Origin: Haliotis rufescens
Lineage: Eukaryota
Length of the DNA stretch: 64,000 nucleotides
NCBI RefSeq assembly: GCF_023055435.1
Contig: NW_025964112.1
Span: forward strand, 15,562,001 to 15,626,000
Direction of reading: 5' to 3'
The notes under the pieces were generated by a model. It made no database searches and was not told where the DNA came from. It saw only the letters and a list, made by a program, of their open reading frames with translations. Made by a program: the position numbers and the translations under genes. Below are positions 1 to 13,705 of this stretch, in pieces (the first letter of the stretch is position 1; each line of letters starts with the position of its first letter).

Positions 1-972
1 AATAGAGGAAATACGGTACGTCGTGGGTCACAGACTTGTGCACAGTTAGATTTAATCTCGAAGTCAGTTCACTCAAGATTTCAACCATTCTTACATACTT
101 TCTCATATCAGCAGTCTTAAACTTGAAAGTGAAAGACAGAAAAATAAATGTTAGTCATATAATTATGCCTGATCATTTTCATGATAATATTTCAAGTCTT
201 TGTTATCTTCAAATTTGACACTTTCCAAGGCCCCAAGAGCCCCTTTCCTTCCTCTTCTCTTACCTAAGAATATGATCAAATATTCCTTTAAGAATTAAAC
301 ATTATATATTGCGAAATACTGACTTTGAAATAATAATCCAATTTTGGATACAAATCCTAGTTTCATGGACTGGATACTCAAAAACTGCAAAACTTCTTTT
401 AATGAAGATATGATAAGGAAAACATGATCACATTAATCACTTTTTTCTATCATTGATAAACTGCTAAATGATCTGTTTGAATTTTAGATTTCATATTGAT
501 AATAAAAAATGTAGACACTGTGCCAAGTTTTAACTCATCTTTTGAAAGAGTAGATAAGTGAAACATTACACACTTTAATTAACTGGAAAAACATTTTTAC
601 TGAAAATATATCGTATTCATGTTATTGAACATAATATTGTTATGCACTGGTCCATTAATGACTCATATTAGATGTAATAAATATTCTAGATTTAATGTTG
701 AATTACAGGTGGATGAGGTGAAATGGGGTTTAACATCGCATCCAAATATAAAGTATCAAGCAAACTTTAGTGTTGGATGAAAAGCCCAAAGTGATTCATG
801 TGTTTTTGACATTTACCATATTGACAAACCATACTGGCATGTCATGGATCTGGGATTCAAACCCAGAATAAGCATCTAAGCAAGATAACACTGACTGCCA
901 GATGTGCCACTTTAGTTGGGCCACCCTTGACCTCCATGAGATCTGTAGCACTTGAGCGATTTTGTTGTTAAG

Positions 973-1227
973 TGGTTGGTTGGTTGGTTTGTTGTTTAAC
1001 ACCGCACTCAGCAATATTCCAGCTATATGACGGCGGTCTGTAAATAATCGAGTCTGGACCAGACAAGCCAGTGATTGACATCATGAGCATCGATCCACGC
1101 AATTGCGACAACCAAGTCAGCGAGCCTGACCACCCGATCCCGTTAGTCGCCTTTTACGACAAGCATAGTCACCTTTTACGGCAAGCATGGGTTGCTGAAG
1201 ACCTATTCTACCCCGGATCTTCACGAG
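973..1227 (-). mobile_element. Family A headless short retroposon (SINE-like), full length, subfamily with duplicated hairpin module
   Basis: Matches the multi-copy consensus in this window (CCCGTGAAGATCCGGG...GCTGGAATATTGCTGAGTGCGGCGTTAAACAAC plus (CAAA/CCAA)n tail); no tRNA A/B boxes. Confidence 0.9.
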
Positions 1228-1894
1228 CCTCATATCAACCAACATTATATCCACTGAACATTCTCCTTCAAAACATTCCTTGTCAATATCCATATATACT
1301 ACTCAAAACAAGTCAAAGACCACCCCACTCTCCTACCCAGAGTTCCATGCGGCCGGCAGCCAGCTAGCATAGTACCTCTGCCACAGGCCAGCGCCATGTG
1401 ACGATTCGTCACATCTTTCACAGTCCATTCAAGATATTGCATATGCTTTTCATCCGTTTCATGTTTGACAAGTCTACACATTTTCATAAACAAATGTCAA
1501 AGAATGGTTAACTTTCATTGAGAAAGTATGCAACTACGTAAAAATCTACTTGTTTTTGCGTAGTTATCCTATGTTTACATTGGTTGTACGGCTCCACGTG
1601 CTGTCATCGAAGCCCAACGGAGAGCTAGCGACCCGGTCACTTTGATGCATAAATATATATTGTCATGCAACTCACTGTCGCAGTTGTAGTAGCATATCTA
1701 TATAGTTATGCAAAACAATATGTAAAGCGCCCCCAAATACTTGCATTAGTCCGTTCTATACTGATTTCTGAAAAAGCGTGTTTGTTTACAAACAAGAGAA
1801 AAGTCCGGTCCCGTGATATGCAAATTAGCCTGTGGCAGTGGTGTTATGCTGAGTCACCACTGCGACGGAGTGTGAGACCACCCACAAGTCTGAA

Positions 1895-2326
1895 AAATAT
1901 TTATCAAATATTAAGCATTGTGAATATAGAAGGCTAATAACCAAATTTAGATGTGGACAGAATACTCTTGGTATTCAACTTATACGTAGGGGTGTTGCTA
2001 ATATTGAGGAGGATGCCGTCTTATGTAAACACTGTCATGTAATTGAGGATGAACTTCATGTTATATACAACTGTCCTCTTTATGCAAGGCGGCGGGAAAT
2101 GTATATCCCAAAGACAGTTAATCATAATTATTTTTGTTTAGAAAGACTCTGTCAAGTATCCAACAACGATGCAATGATAAATTTTGCAAAATTTCTAATC
2201 TACGTGTTCTTAACACACACACACAAAAAAAAGTATCAATTAGGTAACTCTTAGATAAATAAAATGTAAACGTATTTTGTACAATGGGTCAAATGGCCTT
2301 ATACAAATAAATCTGTCTGTCTGTCT
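1895..2326 (+). mobile_element. 5'-truncated LINE 3' end (ORF2 C-terminus with CCHC zinc knuckle; RTEX/CR1-like)
   Basis: Open frame 1895-2254 reads KYLSNIKHCEYRRLITKFRCGQNTLGIQ...LCKHCHVIEDELHVIYNCPLYARRR, the R.C..C...EDE.H....C..Y...R motif of non-LTR ORF2. It is followed by AATAAA, a (TCTG)n tail and a flanking direct repeat GTCTGAA (1888-1894 / 2327-2333). Confidence 0.85.
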
Positions 2327-2528
2327 GTCTGAATTGGGTGTTCTTTAACTTCTTTTGAGTGGTATATAAGCATTTTCAAATTTATGGGGAATTTTAATGA
2401 TTTAAAAAAAGGAATCTGTAAATCAGCCAGAGATGAGAATCTAATCCTCCAAAATAATTTAATATCAAATAGGTCATGATAGTTGACAAATCAATCTTTA
2501 AATGATATTTTCTCTGTGACTATATATA

Positions 2529-2607
2529 TAATTTTGAATTAAGTTGGATGTATATATTTGTTTTTTCTAATAAGAATATGATTCACATCCAACTTAATTC
2601 AAAATTA
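2529..2607. repeat. Perfect 23-bp inverted repeat with 33-nt spacer
   Basis: TAATTTTGAATTAAGTTGGATGT (2529-2551) and its exact reverse complement (2585-2607). Confidence 0.9.
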
Positions 2608-3749
2608 AATAAATATACATCAAGTAATGCAATGTCTGGGCAATATTGTATATGACCTTATACACAGCTCTGATATTGAAATCTGATCGCAATTACCCAA
2701 CAAGCAAGGATCTGTTCTCCTCAACATTTCATGACATTTTCCTCCAATACACGCACGAACAAATCCTGGCCTAATAAACAAATAAACAAATCTGGACCAC
2801 AAGATAGGAAATATTTATTGGGATGTATCCCAAATTATCCTCTGCCCTAGAAATCATAATCAAATATCATGTTTACAGTTCTGTATGAATAAGAGGAGAT
2901 CCCGATTCAAGAAATATTTCGAAGCAGGTCTCACATTTGAATGCATCTGTCCTAACCGTAGCTATCTTCAACTGATGACATTTAAACAGTCATTCTCCAT
3001 ATTTCACGACTTGCACCAGAGTGCAGGAACACATGTTCAAGATGGCCGACCTACCATTGCACGCCATATTGTCAGGTGCTTGTTTTCATTCCCAAAAAAC
3101 TATTTGCACAACATTTTTTTGACGTTCAAAATTCAATATTCTGTTTTTATAAACCACTCCCTCGATTATCATTAAATAATCAATGAAGTGAAGATTTAAA
3201 GATGTGTAAATACAAGGTATGCCCGAAAAGCAGGACTTTTGAATCACTAATTGGCAAGGGAATTCTGGGTACATTTAGAAAAATATTTTATTTGTAGACA
3301 TTTAGATACAACAGGACCTCCCAAGATCATGCTTTACACATACAACGCCTACAGAGCTTTTGGTTATCATCCGCAATTAGGTCATAGCGCCATTTTTATA
3401 CAAAATGTGAAAACTTCATATATATTTTATGATATTGTTCTTTTGGCTTGGTAGAAAGATGAAGAAGAAGCAGACAGATTTCTGAGATCTGCAAAATTTT
3501 GTTTGTTTATAACAAATATTACATTTGGGATAACACTTTCCATGTTCTTAGTAAAGAACAGATTCTTGTTTGGGTTGAGTCCCATCTGGGATTCAAACCC
3601 ATACTGCAAGAGTGAGGCACCTACTCGCCAGCACACAAAGTCAGCGATCCAACCTACTCAGCCACCAAGACTTCCACAAAAAGAAAGTCCGACAACTGGT
3701 AGTCTAGATCACGTACTTTGTGTACCCCTCTGACAAGTGTAAATTGTAT

Positions 3750-3930
3750 ATTTGTTTGTTTGTTGTTGAAACTCTCACCCAAATTTTCATCTATATGACA
3801 GTAGCTTGTAAATAATCAAGTCTGGACCAGACAAACCCGTTTGATATGAGCACCAATCTATGCCTTCAGGGTATGATGACACACAGTCAAGCAAGTCAAC
3901 AAGTCTTACCACCCGATCCATTAAATCATC
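3750..3930 (-). mobile_element. Family A copy, decayed
   Basis: (GTTT)n tail, TGTAAATAATCAAGTCTGGACCAGACAA and ACCACCCGATCC motifs; many CpG>TpG/CpA changes. Confidence 0.7.
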
Positions 3931-6900
3931 TGTTACCATCATATGTTGCGAGGAAACTTGTGAATGTTGTATTATAGCAATAAGTTAGCCTGTAAACGAT
4001 TGAGTTTGGACCAGACAAACCAGTGACTGATAGATGATACTCTGAATATGATACACTACAGTACCACAAAAAGGCCGTGGATGATATATGCAACATTAAG
4101 TGTCTGTGGCCATCACTGACATGGGTACCCGGTAGAAAGCTAGGTGGCAGTATTCAAAATCAAAATGAAAGTCATAAAGTCCTTGTCATAACCCTAATGT
4201 CAAATACTAGAGTTTTAGGGGATGCTAGTTTCAAGAAAACCCCTCTATTTCAGACAATGGCTATTGAGATTTCATGGTTGACCACTTCTAACAATTTTTG
4301 GTCATTATCCTTTTGTACAGCATGCACAATTCTTTTCACAACCAGCTAAAGCTAAACCCACCCCACCCCAACACACCCCATGCTAAACATCACAAACAAA
4401 ACCATATTTGCACACAAAGGTAAATAACATTCAGACTTGAAACCGAATTGAAATGATACATTTAAGAAAAAACAAACAAACAAAACAAACAAATCATGTA
4501 ACATTTTTTAATACTGCACCTCAGCTATCACAATTTCATTCCTACTTTTCGATCGCGCAATAACTTTCATTCCCAATTTTTAATAGTGCAGTAACGACAG
4601 GGTCTAAATCCAGAAGTAGGCCCACCTGGGCTTATTTATAAGAGGCTGATGAGACGTGGTAATTACTTCTCCAGTATAGGAGAGCCACGATAAAGCTGCT
4701 GATGTATATGCGACAGCTGAGGCATTATGGGAACTGGTTTGGCGTAATTTACAATTGGGCACATGTCGGGTAAGGGGATCCCTGTCAAACACAGGAATGC
4801 TGACAAAGTGTACCTGTTTATTCAAACACCTGTTCAATAGGGCCACCTGTGCAAGGAGCTTTGTATGCTCTGTGCAGGGCCATTACTGTAATGCTTCTTG
4901 TTGGACGTGAGTTGGCATATGCCTTGCTAACATTTGTACAGTCTTTGTACAGTCGTATAGCTAGAGGTCGTAATGCTTGACATATTACAACAAGCTACAC
5001 GGGAGTCAGTTATTGGGTATTAAATGGAAGTTAGTTTTGTTACACAACATACCACTTTTGTATTTGCCGTGTTGAAAGAAGACCATACACCCTTACTCCG
5101 AAGAATGCAAGAATATTAGATAATTATGACATCTTGAAGGTGACATAATATTTTGTGTGTATGTGTTGACTGTACGGAAGCCTTTTAGGGCCATTTTTTT
5201 CTATCTTTTTTTCTTGAAATTTCAAGATATTAACTTGAAATTTCAAGATGTTATGATGAAAACAGACTATTATAAACAATATGTAACCTTGACACAGTTT
5301 TCATGACATTGCAAATTGGGCCAAATCATCTTGAAATGACAATAATACTACATCAACTTTGAATTTATAATTGATAATTATATATAACATTGAAAGTGAA
5401 GAAATTAATTATCATGAACGTAAAAGAGAAAAACTAACCCAGTAACCTTATATGGACAGTATGAAATACAATGTCTTTAACAGCGCATTCACAACCAGAG
5501 ACCGTGCTGCATCTTCTTTTACCATTTTCTTCATCATTTTTTTACGTATTAACCTCTTGATTAAATGTGATAAAAAAAGGATAAAATTTGTTCTGTTCAA
5601 AAAACTTCACATTCTGACAAATATATTATATATTTTTTATTCATATCTTTATGTGAACTCTTCATACATATTTCTCTGAGCATATAAATAAGTTCAACTT
5701 ATTTAATACAATGATCTGAGGATATTGAAAATTGCTATAAATGAAAGTAATCACAACAACTCAAATAATTTGCAAATAAATTTCATTGACTTTCCAAAAC
5801 TCACACAAAAAAACTTTCCAATACTTTAAAAGACAAGGTTTCATAAAAGATGGGAAATATGCGAAAGCAAAATCTGAACACGCAGATGGGCTGTAGAGCA
5901 CAAGGCAATTTCTATTTTTGATAGTTTCCCCGAGACAAAGAACACCAAGAGGCAGCCCCTTCCAAAGAGGAAACAAAACGGAAAAAATGTGATCATGATA
6001 ATAAACGTTTTTGCCTCCATTTTGTCTTGCACCAAGAAACAAGGTACAGTTTTGGAGTGCACAATCTGCTGCCATCTCTGGCAATCCACTGACAGCTGAG
6101 ACCCCATACAGTCTGGGTTCCTTGCCCACGATCACATGACTAAATGCGCCTCATTTGCGTCTGTTGACTCTTTCCCAATCATTTGGATCCGATTTCCTCC
6201 CGAATGACTTGTGAAAACATTTCTGTCCTTCAGCTCCTCACAGGGAAGAGGGGCACGGCAAAACTCCAACGGGATCGCTTCTTGTCTTTGAAGTTGATGT
6301 TTTGTATTTACTTTACTGTTGTACAAACTTGAGTTGAATAACTGATGGCTTGAATGATCACACTTTAACACATGTATTTTTAGTGTAGATTTGGCCTTTC
6401 TGTTTTGCTTGATAATGTAATACGCACACAAACTTAGCCCTTTGTACAAAGGCCGACATTTAATATCTTATTTTCCTATAGGGAGCAAGCAATATTTTCA
6501 AATGCTGTTGACCCAGTGACTTGTTCATATCTTTCTGGGAAACATTTGTCTAGTCAGTTTGTGAGTTATTTTAACACCCTGATATCATTTCAAAGGAACA
6601 CTCCCTCCTGAGAATATCTGAAATTTGAACAGTTTGCCTCAATGAATAATATATAATGTTTCCGAAATGAATGTGTTTGAGGGCATATGGGCATGATTTT
6701 AGCAGGGGAAGAGGTCAAAATGCCCCATATATATTTCAAGGAGAATTACTGGAAAGATGTAGAAAATGTTCACCAGCACCCATTACATCAAACTTTCAAC
6801 CAAACTTCAGGATAAGGAGGTTTAAGCTAGTCTTACATTTAAGCCATGAAATCTTTTATTCTCAGTGTTCCTTGTAACAACAAAAAACAATTCATTCAAA

Positions 6901-6939
6901 AACGATCAACGCCATTTCCTGTTTCCTGGATTCCAGACA

Positions 6940-7185
6940 CTTTGTTTTGTTTGTTGTTAAACGCCATAGTCAGCAGTAGTCCGTCTATAATCACGTCTAG
7001 ACCAAACAATCCAGTGACTGATATTATGAGCATCGATCGATGCAGTTGGGATACGATGACATGCATCAACCAAGTCAGCGAGCGTGACCACCCAATCCCG
7101 TTAGTCACCTCTTACGACAATCATAGTCGCCTGTTACTGAAAGCCTGGGTTGCTGAAGACCTATTCTAACACGGATCTTCACAGG
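6940..7185 (-). mobile_element. Family A copy (duplicated-module subfamily, internal deletion)
   Basis: Consensus match ending in GGATCTTCACAGG; carries the extra CATAGTCGCC...AAG module. Confidence 0.85.
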
Positions 7186-9036
7186 TTTTCAAGGCACCAC
7201 CTAGACTTGATCATCTAGGCTTGGGTGCATTTCCCTTTTTTAGATACTTTTGTTAACTTCATAACATGGGTAGAGTGTGCAATTCATGGATCCATCTTTG
7301 CTATAGTACTAACAAATGTACACATGGCAAGGGAAGATAACTCAAACATATTTGGGCTTGGGTTTGATGCCAGCTGTAGAGCAAAACATGTTTACCCTTT
7401 TTTCAACACATGCATGGTGTCATCACTGATTTTCAGTGATCCATTCATATCATATTCACTGCTATTTAGCCTTTTACACCCAATGGAATCTGTTTCGGCA
7501 GATAATGGAGGCTAAATATTTTCCCATTTACGCTTTATATTTACAGGACTGGTTCGCTCGAAACTAACCTCACTAAATGTCAGTGTCCCCGTCCACAAAG
7601 CCATCTTAGCTACGACTACTGTATATCTTGAAATTAATACGTCTCCAAAGTATTACGACTGCTGACCCCTAGCCAGAAATGCAACTCAAAATCAATGCGA
7701 CTCCCCCACCCCATCGCCAGTAGAATGATAAATATGCTTTCGCTCTTAATTGTAACAAAGAAGTTGTTCATCCATAAATTCTTATCCTTACTTAGAACGC
7801 CGACTTCTAATGCCTATCAAAGAAGTTATGCTTTCTTTTATCCAATCAATCAGCAAATAGCACCGCTTATTAGCACTCATTACAGCACTTCCGTAATAAG
7901 AATCAACAGTGTTTTCCTAATAACAACACACAGTATATATTTTTATTCTGTTGACTGGCATTAAGGAAGTTCAAAGGCAATAAAATAATTGAACAACACA
8001 GTTCACTGATTAGAGTGGTCAGTGATGCCTAGTTTGACACGAGTGGGTAGAACTCTTGATCCCAGCAGTGATAACTCACCGGGTGCCTATTGTGTAATTC
8101 CTATTCTTTAAATGACATTGTTATGTACTTGTTACAACTGCTGCTCAATAAACCGCGTTTGTGTATATATTCAAGTTGGTATTTCAGTATCCAAAGTGTG
8201 CAGTGATGCTGTCTTATTGTTGATAGTCATTTTGGAGACATAAATGTGAAGTTTCATTAATGCGAACAAAGACCGCTCACATTTTTCGCATTTAATTCAC
8301 ACTTGCGTTAATTTCAAGATTTACAGTATTATAGCCAATGTTCAAGTTTGGGAGTTATTATTGTCTTAGCGCTAAGATCACTTTGTGGAACGGGGCCCAG
8401 GTTATTACACGGCTATGTGCCAAAGCTAATTTAGTCTTCAAGAATAGTACACAAGCTCCCTTCTTGAAGACATGTACGATTAGAACAACAACTAGCAATG
8501 CATACATAAGCCTAACCGTCTGAATGCATTGTCTACCAGGATCAACATTGTCTGTTGTCATTACCTTGCCAAAAGCATGCTGACAAAAACATTTGACACA
8601 TTCCTGTAACAAACCGCAGTCTTGTAAACACTGTCTGAAAGCTGCGTATAGCTGACTGTCAAAAGAAACATTGAAGAAGCAGAGTAATTTGTTTGTTATG
8701 TCCATACAGTTAATACATGCTCAGATGGGAAGTGTTAGGACATAAACTCTACTGATGAGTGCTGGCGCCATTACGTCAGTGTACCATTGGAAAAACTGAC
8801 CTATGGGATATGGATTTAATTATATGTAGGTGTGCTGGTTGTAAAGGTGTACTTTTTTACCCCAACAAAGTGACTTTTTGCCTTTGCTTATCCTTTACTT
8901 TTGGAATGGTATTGATGAAACCATTAGCCTAATGAACAAGCCACACAGGACAAATTGTGCTCAGGCAAACATGTATTGGAAAATATTGATATAGCTTAGG
9001 ACTAAGACAGTATTGAATTTAATGGTCACAGTCCAT

Positions 9037-9545
9037 TGATATATCCTTATACACTCACACTGCATAAAAATATCCTTAGAACCCACACTGCACATTAAAA
9101 CCTACACTGCATAAGATATATCATTAGAATCCACACTGCATAGATATATCCTTTGACACCCACAAGGCATAGACATATCCTTTGACACCCACACAACATA
9201 GATATATCCTTTGACACCCACAAGGCATAGATATATCCTTTGACACCCACACTACATAGATATATCCTTTGACATCCACAAGGCATAGAAATATCCTTTA
9301 ACTCCCACAAGGCATAGACATATCCTTTGACACCCACACTACATAGATATATCCTTTGACACCCACAAGGCATAGATAGATCCTTTGACGCCCACCAGGC
9401 ATAGATATATCCTTTGACGCCCACAAGGCATAGATATATCCTTTGACACCCACACTACATAGATATATCCTTTGACGCCCACAAGGCATAGATATATCCT
9501 TTGACACCTTCATGGCAAAGATATACAATCAGACATCCACACAGA
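9037..9545. repeat. 29-bp minisatellite, about 17 units
   Basis: Unit CATAGATATATCCTTTGACACCCACAAGG with variants (-CACTA, -CACAA); homogeneous centre, decayed edges. It explains repetitive ORFs 9095..9424 and 9298..9528. Confidence 0.95.
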
Positions 9546-10395
9546 GATAAATCCTCAGACTCAATTACTACACACACTACAGATCTCTATGTTAGCGATG
9601 ACACCCAAAATGGAAAAATCTACCTCAGCACGGAACCTCAAACTGCAAGCACGGACACCATAACTACGTAAATCAACCACAGCGCAGGTGTACTTTAGCT
9701 ATTACCACACAAAATTATCCCCACTGCGCAGATGCACCTTGCGATGCACAGACAAGATTCCCTGCTCAAGTGGAGCACCTGTCCTTTAAGGATCTTAGAC
9801 ACGAACGAATGTCAATCTGTATTCTTTCCACTGACATTTCACAACTGCATGTCATGTTTTTGTCCTGTTACGTAATCCATTTTGACATGAGCCAGCAAAC
9901 AATGACAGGCATGAAGTAAGAACTATACAATACCATCTTTTTAGAACTTACAATTTTGGCAAATGAGTTTGGTCTTGGGTGGTATGGTATGCCATCACAT
10001 TAGGAGATGGAGGGGAACGGTAGGGTGGGTCTTTATGGACTTGTGAACGAGAGCTTGGTGCTGGGGTTTGGTCGGTTGATGAAGTTTGATATAATGAGGA
10101 TATTTCAAACTGTTAGTGTTATGTGTATTGGGAGTGAGGGGCTTGTTGGTTTGCTAGTTTACTATAAATATGTTTTATGTGTTTGTTTTTTTGTTTTTAT
10201 AAAGAATAGATGGAGGGTGTGTAATCTCAAGAAATGCAAAATGATAATCTATAGGAAAAATGATAATAAAATCATGTTGCTATGATACTGACAAGTTCAT
10301 GAAAAATCACACTCTTACAATTATACATTTACATTTTAATTCACTAAACATTGAACAAACGATCAACATTCACAAGAAAAAGAATTTGCACCAGA

Positions 10396-10647
10396 GTGAG
10401 TGAGTGAGTTTTGTTTAACGCCGCTTTTAACAGTATTCCAGTTATATTGCGGCATGTCAGCTTAATGTGGGAGGAAAACCTGAAGTGATGCAGGTCTCAG
10501 ACGTTTACCACTTCGGTGAAACCCACGAGCATGGGTATGGTGCTGACAAACCTAGAAACATAATTGGGGCGAACCGGGATTCGAACCCACAATCATAGGT
10601 TTTTGGCGTGCCGTGGCGCCTTATACGACTAGGCCACCCGTGCCCCC
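10396..10647 (-). mobile_element. Family C tRNA-derived SINE with 28-nt deletion in head
   Basis: A box TGGCCTAGTCG, B box GGTTCGAATCCC, (CTCA)n tail, perfect 10-bp TSD TTGCACCAGA (10386-10395 / 10648-10657). Confidence 0.92.
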
Positions 10648-11903
10648 TTGCACCAGATGAGAAGCATTCAATATAATAAATAATAAATATACAATACATG
10701 AATATTATTTGTTATGTTTGAAAACATGATTCCAATAAATACATAATGTCTACAGTATCATGAATATTTTACTGCTTCTAATTAACCATCAACATAGATG
10801 CGAGATCAGCATTTTTCTTGACTGGGTATACAAAACGAACTCCTTTAAGGTAAACCACAATCAATCAGGGCTTCAAAGCCTTAGGGTTTTTCATATCTCC
10901 TTTACATGTAAAGATCCAACAAGGTAAAACCATCAACTGATAGAATCCTAACTCTCAAATAATTATAAATAAATTGCAAGTGATTCATTGTTTGATTATC
11001 TAACCAAGCAATATTTGTTTATAAACTTGTGTGCAAACTTTGCGTAATTTACGGATTTGCAAAGAGCATAATTTTTTACGTTTATACATCCATAAATGCA
11101 AAAGATGTTGAAAAAATTCTTAATTAAACACCTAATTATGACACCAGGTGTCAGTCAAAAGGGAACCCTTACCAGGCAACACCCGTACAAGGTAATGTCA
11201 AGGTCAAATAAAGGTTAAGGTCAAGGTCACTACGCAGTTGACCCAAGAATAAAAAATTCTTCAACGATCCAAGCCCATGAACTTCACATATTTTAATAAC
11301 GACAACATGTATACAGAACAACTGAATCCAGGTTACATATTTTTTTAATAATGACAAAGAAAGTAGTACTTAAATCTCCACTTTTCACCTGACACATGTC
11401 ACACACCCAGATCAGCAAGTACAAGACCGATCTCAAGTGCTATACAAATATCAATATTAACAAACAAACATAATCTTGAACTCTTAATCTCACAGATTAA
11501 ATAATGTCCCAAAGCCAAAACGCTGGGTGTTCAACCTAAAGTATTTTTTCTGTTTTGTTCGTGTGACTGGATCAATATGCCAGATAGAATCTCGGACATT
11601 CAGCTGGTGATCAAATCGTACCTTAGTACACACTTAACGTGACAATGTAATCTGTGACTGCACTGGTCATACTACACACGGCCCTGTAACTGAGACCTGG
11701 CAGCTATGTCAACTATTTGTGTTGAATGGAGTGCAACTTGCTTTTACATTATAACTGGGTGGTCGATATATTCATTTTCGGGGAGCTATTATTTAGTTGA
11801 AATGTTGTATATGCATGTGGGTTTGTCTGTGCGAACAACTGAAAAAGAAAATCAGAATATGTGATGGTTATATAAATTTTATTTAAGTATTATTTAAACT
11901 GAG

Positions 11904-12040
11904 TGAGTATGGTTTTATGCTGATTTTAACAGTATTCCAGCAATATCACAACAGGGAATACCAGAGTTTCATGTGGGGAATCGAACCCAGATCTTCAGCG
12001 TGACAGGCAAACGCTGTAACCACTAGGCTACTCCACCATC
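11904..12040 (-). mobile_element. Family B tRNA-derived SINE, CpG-decayed, internal deletion
   Basis: GTAGCCTAGTGGTTA...GGGTTCGATTCCCC head; ~18-bp TSD AGTA(T/A)TATT(T/C)AAACTGAG. Confidence 0.85.
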
Positions 12041-13158
12041 AGTAATATTCAAACTGAGCCTGGTTCTCTAACAATATGACAACAATATTGAAGTGACGGA
12101 CACCTACCACACTGTTGATGCTGATGGCTCAACCAGGGTGATGACTTTAATTTGGGTGATTCTGAGATCCGGGATCCACCACCTTGAGATTCTGGTATAC
12201 AGAATCCGTCCCCTCAGACCATTGTTCAAACCGTGCCCTTTATTAATTCTGAATTTTCCTGTGTAATAGCTTATCAACTATCAGCTACTACCATGCATAT
12301 GTCTTAGATTCAAGGTCACCCAACAATTTCGGGCTATAAATGAAATTTTAAACCAAATCCATTAATGTTGACCATTTTCATTCCGTCAAACAGTCATTTT
12401 CATTCGTACTAAAAAAATACTTCAAACATGAAAAATAAAAATATGAATGTAAGATTCCATTAGCACACAATGCGTTTGGAAACAATGTCCCCGCACAAAA
12501 TGGACCCACTTTCCACATGACCTTGACCCATAACACTCAATGAGAATAAGTTGTACAATAACTATTATGTTCTACTCTGTCAGCAAGCTCTCCAGCTTAA
12601 GGACTGACTGACACATGCCTATATCATAATCTCACTCGTGCAATGTGAAGTGGCTTTAATAAAAGCAAATAAAGCGTTTAGGCCTACCATGGTTAGCTGG
12701 GCACTCTATCACATCAATCCTCAATTAGACAACACAGTTGCTTTTCTAGAAATTCAACAAACACAGGATGAAACAAACAAGACTACAATCAGCCCAAGTA
12801 TAAGACTAGCATGCTTCAAGGTTGTCATCAAGTATGATGTTCAAAAGACAATAAGTTGTCAGGACAATGTTCTCATTATCAGTGCCAGTTTTATCAGTGG
12901 GCGATTTCTACCTTAAATCTTGGCATAAGATCCCTGCAAACAAGAAGCAGGGGTAAGTAGTTTATTTCTTTTGACAGATTTACATTGTTGAAAACATGGC
13001 GGGAGTTGGGGTTAATGCCACCTAAACATGACTTTAGTCACAACAATGCATGTCAGGTTAACGTGTTTAGAAAACTCGAAGAAAAACAATTCTCTGACGT
13101 TGACCCTTTTTTAAAATGCAGGAGCATGAGCGTTAAAAAATTAAAGTGAAGAAATGGA

Positions 13159-13705
13159 GTTGTTGTTATTTAACGCCAAAATCAGCAATATTCCGGCTAT
13201 ATGATGGCAGCCTGTAAATAATCAAATCTGCACCAGACAACCCAGTGATTGATATTGTTAACAATTATTCATGTCATCGGCATGCTGTCAAGGAAGTCAC
13301 CAAGGTTGAACACTGATCTGGTCAGTTGCCTCTTACAACCAGCATAGGCTGCTAGGGTTAATTTTTAATTTTGAAATCCGAAATCCCGATGGGTGTCTCA
13401 AGTGTCACATAATAAGTTTACATGTATGTCAGGATATGTAGGGCTTTATGGCAAAATATATATGAGTTCCTAGTTTGCTTTTTTGTTAAATGCAGCACTT
13501 AGAAATATTCTAGTTCTATGGTGGCGGCTTGAAAAAATCTAATCGGGACAAGACAAATCAGAGATTGATATTATGAGCAAAGTCTCATGACACTGGGACA
13601 GGTGACAAGAAATCAGCCAAATCCTAGAGCCTGACCCCCTGATCCATCTATTGAATCACGTCATACCAACAGCAGAGATTGTTGAAGACTAATGCCAACC
13701 CTGAA
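13159..13705 (-). mobile_element. Two consecutive decayed family A copies (~13159-13395 and ~13472-13705)
   Basis: CAGCAATATTCC, TGTAAATAATC, CCAGACAA..CAGTGATTGA and GAGCCTGACC motifs recognisable in both. Confidence 0.65.

Noticed and set aside
2330-2348. Kolobok-type terminus (GGGTGTTCT|TTAA)
   Set aside because: The matching opposite end was not found, so no element could be delimited.
11195-11230. AGGTCA nuclear-receptor site cluster
   Set aside because: AAGGTCAAGGTCA runs recur elsewhere in the window (e.g. 12520, 44685, 60045) and look like a common low-complexity or TE-derived motif.
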